Assembly (NCBI GenBank): GCA_009873655.1
Contig: WAIB01000004.1
Span: forward strand, 10,939 to 74,938
Length of the DNA stretch: 64,000 nucleotides
Origin: Nitrospinota bacterium
GTDB lineage: Bacteria > Nitrospinota > Nitrospinia > Nitrospinales > VA-1
Direction of reading: 5' to 3'
Part shown: positions 39,704 through 47,938 of the stretch, in pieces
Layout: the number at the start of each line of letters is the position of its first letter
Position numbering within the stretch: the first letter of the stretch is position 1
Notes under the pieces: generated by a model
Database searches by the model: none
Told to the model about the DNA's origin: nothing
The model's input: the letters and a program-made list of their open reading frames with translations, nothing else
Translations under genes and position numbers: made by a program

Positions 39704-40311
39704 AGAAATACTCCATATTGCTGGTTGATGATGAAGAAGCCATCCGGATCTCGTTGGCCAACTATCTCCAAAAGGAGGGTTATAAAGTCACAACAGCTGA
39801 AAGTGGTGATAAAGCTGTAGAAATGTTCAAGAAGAATTATCATTTTGATCTGATTATCACTGACCTGATGATGGAAGGAATAGATGGAATTGGAGTGTTG
39901 AAAGAAGCAAAGATGGCACATACCGACATAATAGTGATGATTCTTACTGGATATGGTTCTTTGGATACGGCGGTGGAAGCTATGCGACTAGGGGCTTTTG
40001 ATTATATGCAGAAGCCTTGTGAAAAAGGTGAATTCCTAATGAGAACCAAAAGGTGTATTGACCACTTGATTCTCAATCGAAAGATCAAAGTTTATGAAAA
40101 ATTAATTCCTGTTTGTTGTGTCTGCAAGAAAATCAGGGATGATGACGGAAAAGAGCCGGGAACCGGGGTATGGATGGAGCCGGATATATATCTTAACAGG
40201 AAAACAGCAATTGAAACCAGCCATACATATTGTGATGAGCATATGGCAGAGCTAAGAAAAGAAATGAAGGCTGCCGTAAAAAAGCATAAAGAAGAAAAGG
40301 AACAAAAATAG
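39700..40311 (+). CDS. Response regulator: receiver domain plus C-terminal Cys/His-rich CKKIRDD-type module
   Basis: The receiver has DDEE, a phospho-acceptor context LIITDLMMEG and KP. The C-terminal module is CCVCKKIRDDDGKEPGTGVWMEPDIYLNRKTAIETSHTYCDEH. It overlaps the kinase gene by 4 nt. Confidence 0.8.
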   Translation: MKKYSILLVDDEEAIRISLANYLQKEGYKVTTAESGDKAVEMFKKNYHFDLIITDLMMEGIDGIGVLKEAKMAHTDIIVMILTGYGSLDTAVEAMRLGAFDYMQKPCEKGEFLMRTKRCIDHLILNRKIKVYEKLIPVCCVCKKIRDDDGKEPGTGVWMEPDIYLNRKTAIETSHTYCDEHMAELRKEMKAAVKKHKEEKEQK

Positions 40312-40494
40312 CTCCCTGTGATAAACTCTTTCCTTAGACACTTTCCGCAATTCGCTTGGCCTTCAAGGCGGGGATAAAGTGAAAGCAGTGCTTTTAAGGC
40401 AAACAAACCAAGTTAGTCTGCATGTCCGCTTTTGGCTGCGGGTTCAATAGTATATTTTAGTTTAGCCCCCGCCGGGCGTGGCCCGGAATTAAAG

Positions 40495-40920
40495 TCAGGA
40501 AGAGGCTTTGGCGGCTTTTGCCGCTTTGGCTTTCTTTCCTCGTTTGGGTGCCTTTTTGGTCTTTGTAGTTGGGCGAACAGGTTTGAGCTCTTTCAATCTC
40601 GCGGCCTTACCTCGCAATTCCCTGAGGTAATACAACTTGGCCTGACGTATTTTTGCACGTTTCACAATTTCAATTTTTTCGACTCTCGGGGAATGAAACG
40701 GGAAAATACGTTCAACCCCGATTCCGAATGAAATTTTTCTTACGGTAAGCGTCTTTCGAGCCCCGCTCCCGCGCATTTTAATGACCACGCCTTCGATCAC
40801 CTGAATACGTTCTTTTTCCCCTTCAACAATGCGCATATGCACCTTGACCGTGTCACCAATATGCACATCGGCTACATCTTTTTTCATTTCCTTGGCTTCA
40901 ATTTGATCTACTAAATTCAT
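40495..40920 (-). CDS. rplS: 50S ribosomal protein L19 with Lys/Ala-rich C-terminal extension
   Basis: The L19 core is [26 protein letters not shown] ... [28 protein letters not shown] ... AKLYYLR. A roughly 28-aa tail, [23 protein letters not shown], follows. Confidence 0.9.
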   Translation of the reverse strand: MNLVDQIEAKEMKKDVADVHIGDTVKVHMRIVEGEKERIQVIEGVVIKMRGSGARKTLTVRKISFGIGVERIFPFHSPRVEKIEIVKRAKIRQAKLYYLRELRGKAARLKELKPVRPTTKTKKAPKRGKKAKAAKAAKASS

Positions 40921-40979
40921 TTACCTCTCTCCTGGGCTGTGCGTAAAGCTTTTTGTTATCTAATTTAAAAAACGTTTCC

Positions 40980-41576
40980 TTAATCTGCCGGCAATTCGCG
41001 AAGACCGAGCAAGCGATCAAGAATGATCGATATGGCCCCGCGGACCGGCAGATGATTGAATCCATTTACGCCCTCAATGGGCAACAGGGAATGGTCTGCA
41101 TTTTTAACCAGATTTTTTTCCAGTCCCCATCCCGTTCCAAAAACAAGAAGGTGGGGTTTCCCTTGTTTCAATTCCTTTTTCAGCGCCTCATAACCAATGC
41201 TCTGAGGTGCCTGTTTCGCCCCCGTTACAATAACACGGGGTTTTGTTCCGGTATCTTCCGTAATTTCCTTAACGGCTTCATCAAGGCTGTTTTTCACAAC
41301 CGTCTTCAGCAGGGCTTCTTTACGGGTCGGATTGTATTCCGCCCCATGGCCCGTCAACCAATGGCCGATCAATCTTTCTACCAGCTCCTGCTGGGTTTTG
41401 AGCGGGGTGATCACATAAAATGTCCCCACTCCATAGGTCCTGCATGCCCGGGATATATCGTGGACATCCAAAGTTGTTACGGATGAAACGATCACTTCCC
41501 TGGATTTGTTGTAAACAGGAAAATGAACCAAAGCCAGGTGAATGTTCGAATTCGATGTTTCGCTGACTTTTTCCAA
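40980..41576 (-). CDS. Putative SPOUT-class RNA methyltransferase (TM1570 / Methyltrn_RNA_4-like)
   Basis: HLALVHFPVYNK...VTTLDVHDISRACRTYGV...FYVITP and the C-terminal GFNHLPVRGAISIILDRL resemble the family usually found next to trmD. This is from memory, with no search run. Confidence 0.5.
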   Translation of the reverse strand: MEKVSETSNSNIHLALVHFPVYNKSREVIVSSVTTLDVHDISRACRTYGVGTFYVITPLKTQQELVERLIGHWLTGHGAEYNPTRKEALLKTVVKNSLDEAVKEITEDTGTKPRVIVTGAKQAPQSIGYEALKKELKQGKPHLLVFGTGWGLEKNLVKNADHSLLPIEGVNGFNHLPVRGAISIILDRLLGLRELPAD

Positions 41577-41585
41577 AGTTTTCTT

Positions 41586-42302
41586 TTAGTTATCCCGTTT
41601 GATTTTTTCAAAAAGATCCGGGCGAACATTTTCGGTTTTTTTCAACGCTTCCGCTTTTTGCCAGGCACGAATTTTTTTAGGATCCCCCGACACCAGGACA
41701 TCCGGAACCTTGAACCCCTTAAAATCTCTGGGGCGGGTATACTGCGGATATTCAAGAACCCCGCCTGTGAATGACTCTTCAACAATGGATTCGGAATCTC
41801 CCAAAACCCCGGGAATCAGCCGCGACACCGTTTCCACCAGAACCATTGCCGGAATTTCACCGCCCGTCAAAATATAATCGCCGATAGAAATTTCTTCATC
41901 GGCAAAATGCAGTCGAACCCGTTCATCAATCCCTTCGTATCGACCGCAAATCAGGACCAGGCTTTCTTCCTCAGCAAGCTGGCCCGCTTTTTCCTGATTA
42001 AAAGGTTTGCCGCCAGGCGAAAGCAAAATGGTCCTGGCTTTCGGCACTTCTTTTTTAATCGTTTCTAATGCGCGTGCGATGGGTTCTACATTCATTACCA
42101 TTCCCACGCCACCCCCAAATGGAGTGTCATCCACCTTGCGATGTTTGTTCAGCGAAAAATCGCGCAAATCATGCACCCGTATATCTAGCAATCCTTTTTC
42201 TCGCGCACGGTGGATTATGCTGTCGCCAAAGGGGGACTCAAACATCCCCGGGAAAATGCTGACAATGTCAAACCGGAGTGTCCTCAAACAATCCCTCAAC
42301 AC
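41586..42302 (-). CDS. trmD: tRNA (guanine37-N1)-methyltransferase
   Basis: FDIVSIFPGMF, DDTPFGGGVGMVM, CGRYEGIDERV and SIGDYILTGGEIPAMV are present. Confidence 0.9.
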   Translation of the reverse strand: MLRDCLRTLRFDIVSIFPGMFESPFGDSIIHRAREKGLLDIRVHDLRDFSLNKHRKVDDTPFGGGVGMVMNVEPIARALETIKKEVPKARTILLSPGGKPFNQEKAGQLAEEESLVLICGRYEGIDERVRLHFADEEISIGDYILTGGEIPAMVLVETVSRLIPGVLGDSESIVEESFTGGVLEYPQYTRPRDFKGFKVPDVLVSGDPKKIRAWQKAEALKKTENVRPDLFEKIKRDN

Positions 42303-42771
42303 AATGAAAAATTAGTTTGCCCTGCTCTAGATCGATGTTTTGCACCACAGAATCGATCATGGGTATCAGCCATTCTTTACCTTCATCCCGAACGGCATAG
42401 ACATCGTTGCTACCGGTTGCTATCACCTCTTCCACAACCCCATAATATTTACCGGTGTCGTCATAGGCTTTCAAGCCTTCTATTTCGAAGCGGTAATATT
42501 CGCCTTCAGGCAGGGGTTCGAAATCTTCCCTGGCAATCAGAACTTCCTGGCCTGCTACATTTTTAGCCGCTTCGATGCTGTTGATTCCATCGAACTTGAC
42601 TATAAAAGGCGATTTAGCTCCACGAACCGACTCCACTTTCGATTGAGTTTCTCCGAATTGAATACGCTGTCCGGACTTTATTACGACCTCATCCCTGTCG
42701 GCAGGGAAAAACTTCAATTCCCCCTTCAGGCCGTGGGTTCGGGTTACCCTTCCTACCGAAATCCAGTCCAT
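42268..42771 (-). CDS. rimM: 16S rRNA processing protein RimM
   Basis: ISVGRVTRTHGLKGELKF and a PRC-barrel C-terminus are present. ATG 42771 lies 1 nt after the KH-protein stop; the ORF-track start at 42798 would overlap that gene. Confidence 0.85.
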   Translation of the reverse strand: MDWISVGRVTRTHGLKGELKFFPADRDEVVIKSGQRIQFGETQSKVESVRGAKSPFIVKFDGINSIEAAKNVAGQEVLIAREDFEPLPEGEYYRFEIEGLKAYDDTGKYYGVVEEVIATGSNDVYAVRDEGKEWLIPMIDSVVQNIDLEQGKLIFHCVEGLFEDTPV

Positions 42772-42772
42772 A

Positions 42773-43003
42773 TCATTCAACAATTTCCAGCACGGCACGT
42801 TGCTTCAGTTTGGTAGCTGTCGCATTCAAAATGGTGCGAATCGCGTGGGCTGTTTTTCCCTGCTTGCCAATCACTTTCCCAAGATCTTCCTTGGCGACTC
42901 TCAATTCCAGAACCGTCGTTTTATCCCCTTTCACTTCTTCCACTTCCACTTCATCAGGCTTATCTACCAGCGACTTCGCTATCATCAATATGAGCTCTTT
43001 CAT
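42773..43003 (-). CDS. KH domain RNA-binding protein (YlqC/UPF0109)
   Basis: It is 76 aa with the KH GxxG loop ([13 protein letters not shown]). It holds the conserved position between rpsP and rimM. Confidence 0.8.
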   Translation of the reverse strand: MKELILMIAKSLVDKPDEVEVEEVKGDKTTVLELRVAKEDLGKVIGKQGKTAHAIRTILNATATKLKQRAVLEIVE

Positions 43004-43246
43004 GTCGTTCTCCTTTACTCGCGAAAAACCTCTTGCCCTGGGAAGGCGCCTTACGAGTCAAAACTAATTAACCGCAAATGCGGAATCTGGTTTTGTGCAA
43101 CAAGAGAAATAGAACTTTTTACCTATATATTTATATTAGTCCAGAAACTGGAATAAAGGTAAAGAAAGATCTATAAAAACAACGTGAATTCAAACCCTGA
43201 CATTAGCTTTATAAGTTATTTGCTGTTATTTCGAAGTAATTTTCCC

Positions 43247-43492
43247 CTATGCACCGACCCCGGCCTTTTTGAAAAGGGAGTCAACTGTTTTACTTGGCTT
43301 TGCACCCTTTTTAATCCATGCGGCGGCCTTTTCCGCATCTACCTTACAGCCGTTTTCTTCCAGCATCGGATCATAAGTTCCCAGAATTTCCAGGAACCGA
43401 CCATCTCGGGGCATTCTTGAATCTGCCGCCACAATTCGATAAAAGGGTTTCTTTTTTGCACCGCGTCGAGTCAATCTAATTACTACTGCCAA
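43247..43492 (-). CDS. rpsP: 30S ribosomal protein S16
   Basis: [39 protein letters not shown] is present. Confidence 0.9.
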   Translation of the reverse strand: MAVVIRLTRRGAKKKPFYRIVAADSRMPRDGRFLEILGTYDPMLEENGCKVDAEKAAAWIKKGAKPSKTVDSLFKKAGVGA

Positions 43493-43575
43493 TTTTTTCT
43501 CCTTCTTGAAATTCGGTCTTTCGGGAATCAGAAAGACCCTTTAAATAATAATCTATTTATTAAACCGGATAATCA

Positions 43576-44913
43576 TTAACGGCCCATGAACCCGCCACCG
43601 CCCATCAGGCTGCCGAAATTAAGCCCACCTCCTCGCGAAACTTTCTTCATCATCTTCTGCATCTGCGCAAACTGTTTTAACAGTTTATTGATATCATTCA
43701 CCTTCGTTCCGCTTCCCTGAGCGATCCTGCGTTTACGGCTTGCATTTATAATATTGTGCCTGGCCCTTTCTCTGGGTGTCATCGAATTGATAATCGCTTC
43801 AATTTGCACAAAAGCTTTATTATCGACTTTCAGGCCTTTTAATTTTCCCGCACCGGGGATCATCCCCAGCAGTTGTTCCATGGAACCCATTTTTTGAATT
43901 TGCTTCAACTGGTCGCGAAAATCTTCGAGGGTAAAAGCGTTGGCCTTAAACTTCTTTTGTAATTCTTCCTGTTCTTCCCTTTCAAAATTTTCCTCTGCCT
44001 TCTCCACCAGCGACATGACATCGCCCATACCGAGAATGCGGGAAACAATCCGGTCTGGATGAAAAGGTTCAAGCGCATCCAGCTTTTCGCCCATGCCCAC
44101 AAACCGTATTGGTTTTCCTGTAATGGACTTGATGGAAAGCGCCGCACCGCCTCGGGCATCCCCATCCATCTTGGTCAGTATCACGCCGTCAATACCCACC
44201 GCATCGTTAAACGTCTTTGCAATTTCAGCGGACTGCTGACCCATCATTGCATCGGCAACAAACAGCACCTCATGCGGTTGCACTGTTTCCTTAATGCGCT
44301 TGAGCTCTTCCATCAGCTCTTCATCCACCTGCTGACGCCCAGCGGTGTCGATGATGACCACCTGGCTCATTTTTTCTGTGGCGTTATCCAGCGCTTTTTT
44401 ACAGATGGCGATCGGGTCTTTTTCATCGCCTCCTTCATAGACCGCAATATCCAGGTCTCGACCCAGCACATGCAACTGTTCGATTGCAGCCGGGCGATAA
44501 ACATCCGCAGGAACCAGAAGACAGCTTTTGCCTTTTTCCTTAAAACGCTTTGCCAGTTTGCCAACGGTTGTGGTTTTACCCGATCCCTGCAAGCCTGCCA
44601 TCAGGATCACCGTCGGCGGCCTGGAAGCAAACTGAATATCCTGGAACTCATCCCCGATTAAAACCGTCAATTCGTCATTGACGATTTTTACCATCTGGTG
44701 CCCCGGGGTCAGGCTTTTCATTACCTCCTGACCTATGGATTTTTCGCGCACCGGAGCGAGAAAATCTTTAATTACCGGCAGGCTGACATCCGCTTCGATC
44801 AAAGCGACACGGATTTCGCGCAATGCCTCATCGACATCCGCTTCTTTCAAGACCCCCCGGCCTTTTAACTTTTTGTAGATTCGCTCCAGGCGATCCGATA
44901 AATTCTCAAACAT
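43576..44913 (-). CDS. ffh: Signal recognition particle protein Ffh
   Basis: The NG domain has GLQGSGKTTT, DTAGR and TKMDGD. The M-domain is Met-rich with a GGGF tail. Confidence 0.95.
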   Translation of the reverse strand: MFENLSDRLERIYKKLKGRGVLKEADVDEALREIRVALIEADVSLPVIKDFLAPVREKSIGQEVMKSLTPGHQMVKIVNDELTVLIGDEFQDIQFASRPPTVILMAGLQGSGKTTTVGKLAKRFKEKGKSCLLVPADVYRPAAIEQLHVLGRDLDIAVYEGGDEKDPIAICKKALDNATEKMSQVVIIDTAGRQQVDEELMEELKRIKETVQPHEVLFVADAMMGQQSAEIAKTFNDAVGIDGVILTKMDGDARGGAALSIKSITGKPIRFVGMGEKLDALEPFHPDRIVSRILGMGDVMSLVEKAEENFEREEQEELQKKFKANAFTLEDFRDQLKQIQKMGSMEQLLGMIPGAGKLKGLKVDNKAFVQIEAIINSMTPRERARHNIINASRKRRIAQGSGTKVNDINKLLKQFAQMQKMMKKVSRGGGLNFGSLMGGGGFMGR

Positions 44914-45041
44914 GAAAAATCTGTATAAACCCTTAAAAATTCAGGGGAATGTTTGCGCTCATCGTAAATAAGTTAGTATATAATAACCCTCCGATGCAGG
45001 CAATGTTTAATATCCAGCAACCCATCAAGGTCCTCTAACCT

Positions 45042-45731
45042 ATGAAAAACAAAGCGGTAGTGCTTCTCAGCGGCGGACTGGACTCCACAACCACACTGGC
45101 TATTGCGAAAAATCAGGGTTTTGAGGTCTATGCCCTCAGTTTTGATTATGGACAACGGCACCGGGTGGAATTGGAGCGGGCCCGAATGATTGCGCAAAAT
45201 TTTGAGGTCGCAGATCACCAAATCATGACCATTGACCTCAGGCAATTCGGGGGATCCGCGCTTACGGACTCGATCGATGTCCCCACCCACAGGAATGAAA
45301 AAGAAATGAGTTCAGAAATACCTATTACTTACGTTCCCGCCCGCAACACTATTTTTCTTTCCTTTTGTCTTGCCTATGCGGAGGTAAAAAAAGCCCTGAA
45401 TATTTTCCTGGGAGTCAATGCGGTGGACTACAGCGGCTATCCTGACTGCCGTCCCGAATTCATCACGGCTTTTGAAACCCTGGCCAACCTCGCAACCAAA
45501 GCCGGAGTGGAAGGGAAAGAAAATTTAAAAATCCATACTCCGCTCATCCAACTCACGAAAGCCGATATCATTCGCCGAGGCATTGAACTGGGAGTGGATT
45601 ATTCCCTGACGCTCAGCTGCTACAACCCCGAAGAAGGGGGAACCCCCTGCGGAATTTGCGACAGTTGCCTTTTGCGCTTGAAAGGGTTCAGCGAAGCGGG
45701 TTTGAAAGACCCCCTGGATTACCCGGAATAG
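45042..45731 (+). CDS. queC: 7-cyano-7-deazaguanine synthase
   Basis: It has the PP-loop [10 protein letters not shown] and the C-terminal Zn cluster C...[10 protein letters not shown]. Confidence 0.9.
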   Translation: MKNKAVVLLSGGLDSTTTLAIAKNQGFEVYALSFDYGQRHRVELERARMIAQNFEVADHQIMTIDLRQFGGSALTDSIDVPTHRNEKEMSSEIPITYVPARNTIFLSFCLAYAEVKKALNIFLGVNAVDYSGYPDCRPEFITAFETLANLATKAGVEGKENLKIHTPLIQLTKADIIRRGIELGVDYSLTLSCYNPEEGGTPCGICDSCLLRLKGFSEAGLKDPLDYPE

Positions 45732-45945
45732 TCGAAGTTTTTTTATATTGCCCCTCACCTGACCTCTCCCTCAAGGGGAGAGGAAATATGCAATACCCCT
45801 TCTCCTGCCTTTTGCGCTTGAAAGGGTTCAGCGAAGCGGGTTTGAAAGAACCCCTGGATTATCCGGAATAGTCGAAGTTTTTTTATATTGCCCCTCACCT
45901 GACCTCTCCCTCAAGGGGAGAGGAAATATGCAATACCCCTTCTCC
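45666..45945 (+). repeat. Tandem duplication, 2 x 140 bp (45666-45805 and 45806-45945), spanning the last 63 nt plus stop of queC and 74 nt of downstream sequence
   Basis: By direct alignment 138 of 140 nt are identical. The mismatches are at 45710/45850 and 45722/45862. Confidence 0.9.
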
Positions 45946-45960
45946 CCTTGCGGGAGAAGG
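45763..45960. repeat. REP-like GC-rich hairpins (CCTCTCCC-n5-GGGAGAGG twice; CCTTCTCCC-n5-GGGAGAAGG once)
   Basis: The hairpins lie at 45763-45783, 45903-45923 and 45938-45960, read directly from the sequence. They sit between the convergent queC and the His/Met-rich gene. Confidence 0.6.
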
Positions 45961-46027
45961 CCGGCAGGAGAGGGTTTGAAATAAATTTTGAAAATCACCT
46001 GTGGCGGTTTCGCCGCCGACGGGTCGG

Positions 46028-46405
46028 CTAGTGACTCCCTTCTTCCATGCGCATTTCTTTCATATGCATGGCCTCGTCTTTCATGTTGTGGCCTTTTTCC
46101 ATCATTTCATGTTTTTCATGATCGTATTTGCCGTACTTCTTTTCATAGTATTCCCTGGAATGTTCCATTCCCGAATGTTCTCCCATCATGCCTGAATGGT
46201 CGCCCCCCATACCGCCGCTTCCTTCTTCCTTATATTCGTGCGCCATCGCACGGGATTTACGATCCATTTCCATCGCTGATCCGCCACTGCCCTCTTCATA
46301 CATACCGTGACTTTCTCCTTCATGGGCTCCGTCATGGGCCAAGGCGGTCGAAGCAACCAACATCAACATCGCGATCAATGGAATCGCTGTAACCAGTTTT
46401 TTCAT
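46028..46405 (-). CDS. Secreted His/Met/Glu/Gly-rich protein (putative periplasmic metal-binding protein)
   Basis: ATG 46405 is preceded by AAGGAGA. The signal peptide is MKKLVTAIPLIAMLMLVASTALA. The mature ~100 aa is rich in H, M, E and G, with repeated EEGSGG and HxxM/MxxH patches. The ORF-track 5' extension would overlap the upstream SDR gene. Confidence 0.6.
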   Translation of the reverse strand: MKKLVTAIPLIAMLMLVASTALAHDGAHEGESHGMYEEGSGGSAMEMDRKSRAMAHEYKEEGSGGMGGDHSGMMGEHSGMEHSREYYEKKYGKYDHEKHEMMEKGHNMKDEAMHMKEMRMEEGSH

Positions 46406-46484
46406 TTTTATCTCCTTAAATAATAAATCGGGAACGAAATTTATGTAGTAAGGGTACCCGTTTTTTTTTGTCAAAGAAACTAAT

Positions 46485-47195
46485 TTACGATCGAAGCCAG
46501 CTTTCCCCTCCATCCACAAAAAGGGTGTCGCCATTAACAAACTGATTTTCCAATAAGTAATCTAGGGCCTGCAACAGATTTTCCATATTTCCATGAGTCC
46601 GGGTGGGAACTTTTTCAGCAGCCTTTTCCAGGTAGTCGGGCGCTCCACCCTGCGGTGGCAAAATGAGCCCGGGCGCAATGCCATTGACACGGACGGTTTC
46701 TCCCCATTCCACCGCAGCCAGTTCTGTTAAATGTTTTAACCCCACTTTACTTACGGAGTAGGCTGCAAAAGTGGAAATATGTTTTCTTACCCTTTCATCA
46801 ATGATATTGACAATCATGCCTTTATTGATGCTCCGTTTATAATCCCGCATCAAAAGGTAAGGAGACATCAAATTCAAATGCAGTGTGCTGGCTAAAGTAT
46901 CCTTATGGGTTTCTTCCAGGTTTTCCTGAATAAAATTAGCGGCCGAGTTTATGAGAAGTTCCACATCATTGAAGTCGGCAATCACTCTGGCGATCAATTG
47001 TTCGGCTTCTTCAATTTTTGTCAGGTCACACGGATACTCCAGGCAGCGAACACCCCGGGATTTTATTTCATCTATCGTTTCTGAGGGATTCGACTGGTTA
47101 TAATGCAGGGCAATGCTGAATCCTTTTCCCGCCAAATGCAGGGCCATGGCCTTACCTATGCGAATGGCTCCCCCTGTTATGATTGCTGTCGGCAT
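46485..47195 (-). CDS. SDR family oxidoreductase (pteridine reductase/FolM-like N-terminus)
   Basis: It has ITGGAIRIGKAMA (TGxxxRIG, typical of pteridine-reductase-like SDRs) and the catalytic YSVSK. Confidence 0.7.
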   Translation of the reverse strand: MPTAIITGGAIRIGKAMALHLAGKGFSIALHYNQSNPSETIDEIKSRGVRCLEYPCDLTKIEEAEQLIARVIADFNDVELLINSAANFIQENLEETHKDTLASTLHLNLMSPYLLMRDYKRSINKGMIVNIIDERVRKHISTFAAYSVSKVGLKHLTELAAVEWGETVRVNGIAPGLILPPQGGAPDYLEKAAEKVPTRTHGNMENLLQALDYLLENQFVNGDTLFVDGGESWLRS

Positions 47196-47322
47196 TTTTA
47201 TTCCTTCTTTGGCTTATGCTATACTTGTGGCATTTAACTTCAAATTTCTTATTAAATCCACCTAAATTCAGAGCATTATTCAAACGGGTTGGCAGGTATT
47301 TTTGTGAACAGGAGATCAGGTT

Positions 47323-47832
47323 GTGAGTGATAAAAAATGTGTGAACATCGCGGTATTAACGGTATCTGATACAAGAACAGATGCGGATGACAAATCGGGT
47401 CAGGTTCTGGTCGATCGAATCAAGGACGCAGGACACCATCTGGTAGAAAAAAAAATCATCAAGGATGAAAAGGATTTGATTCAGGAGCAATTGAAAAAAT
47501 GGATCGCCAGTCCTGATGTAGATGCTGTGATTGCCACCGGTGGAACGGGTGTTACCGGTCGCGATATCACACCCGAAGCATTTGAAGAACTGTATGACAA
47601 GGCCATCCCCGGGTTTGGCGAACTTTTTCGCATGTTGAGTTACCAGAACATCAAAACATCCACAATGCAATCGCGGTGCACCGGCGGTGTGACCAACGGC
47701 ACCTTCCTTTTCGCCTTGCCGGGATCGACAGGAGCCTGTAAAGATGGCTGGGACCAGATCCTGGTCCATCAGTTTGACAGCACGCACAAACCCTGCAACC
47801 TGGTCGAACTGATGCCCCGCCTGCTCGAATAG
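47323..47832 (+). CDS. moaB: Molybdenum cofactor biosynthesis protein B (MoaB/MogA family)
   Basis: ILTVSDTR... and GGTGVTGRD are present. The start is GTG with AGGAGA 8 nt upstream. Confidence 0.8.
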   Translation: MSDKKCVNIAVLTVSDTRTDADDKSGQVLVDRIKDAGHHLVEKKIIKDEKDLIQEQLKKWIASPDVDAVIATGGTGVTGRDITPEAFEELYDKAIPGFGELFRMLSYQNIKTSTMQSRCTGGVTNGTFLFALPGSTGACKDGWDQILVHQFDSTHKPCNLVELMPRLLE

Positions 47833-47938
47833 GGGTCCCCCGGCCACCGGGAACAGGTCAATGCCCCTAAAGCGAGCCGGTATCGTTTAATTTTAGAGCG
47901 CATTGACATCCCTCTCCAATTGGAGAATAAAAGATACC

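Noticed and set aside
44914-45041. A possible preQ1 riboswitch upstream of queC, and likewise upstream of queE at 59430-59599.
   Set aside because: I could not find the short P1 stem followed by the A-rich tail pairing into the SD that defines preQ1-I. I also found no preQ1-II or preQ1-III like features. Only generic A/T-rich leaders are present.
45656-45871. A 71-aa ORF running from inside queC into the duplicated segment.
   Set aside because: It is created by the 140-bp tandem duplication. Its C-terminus simply repeats the QueC tail, and its N-terminal part is an out-of-frame read of queC.
45988-46392. Plus-strand ORFs (134 aa and 64 aa) rich in Pro/His/Phe.
   Set aside because: They are antisense to the His/Met-rich secreted protein gene. 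That gene has a strong SD and signal peptide, whereas these have neither.
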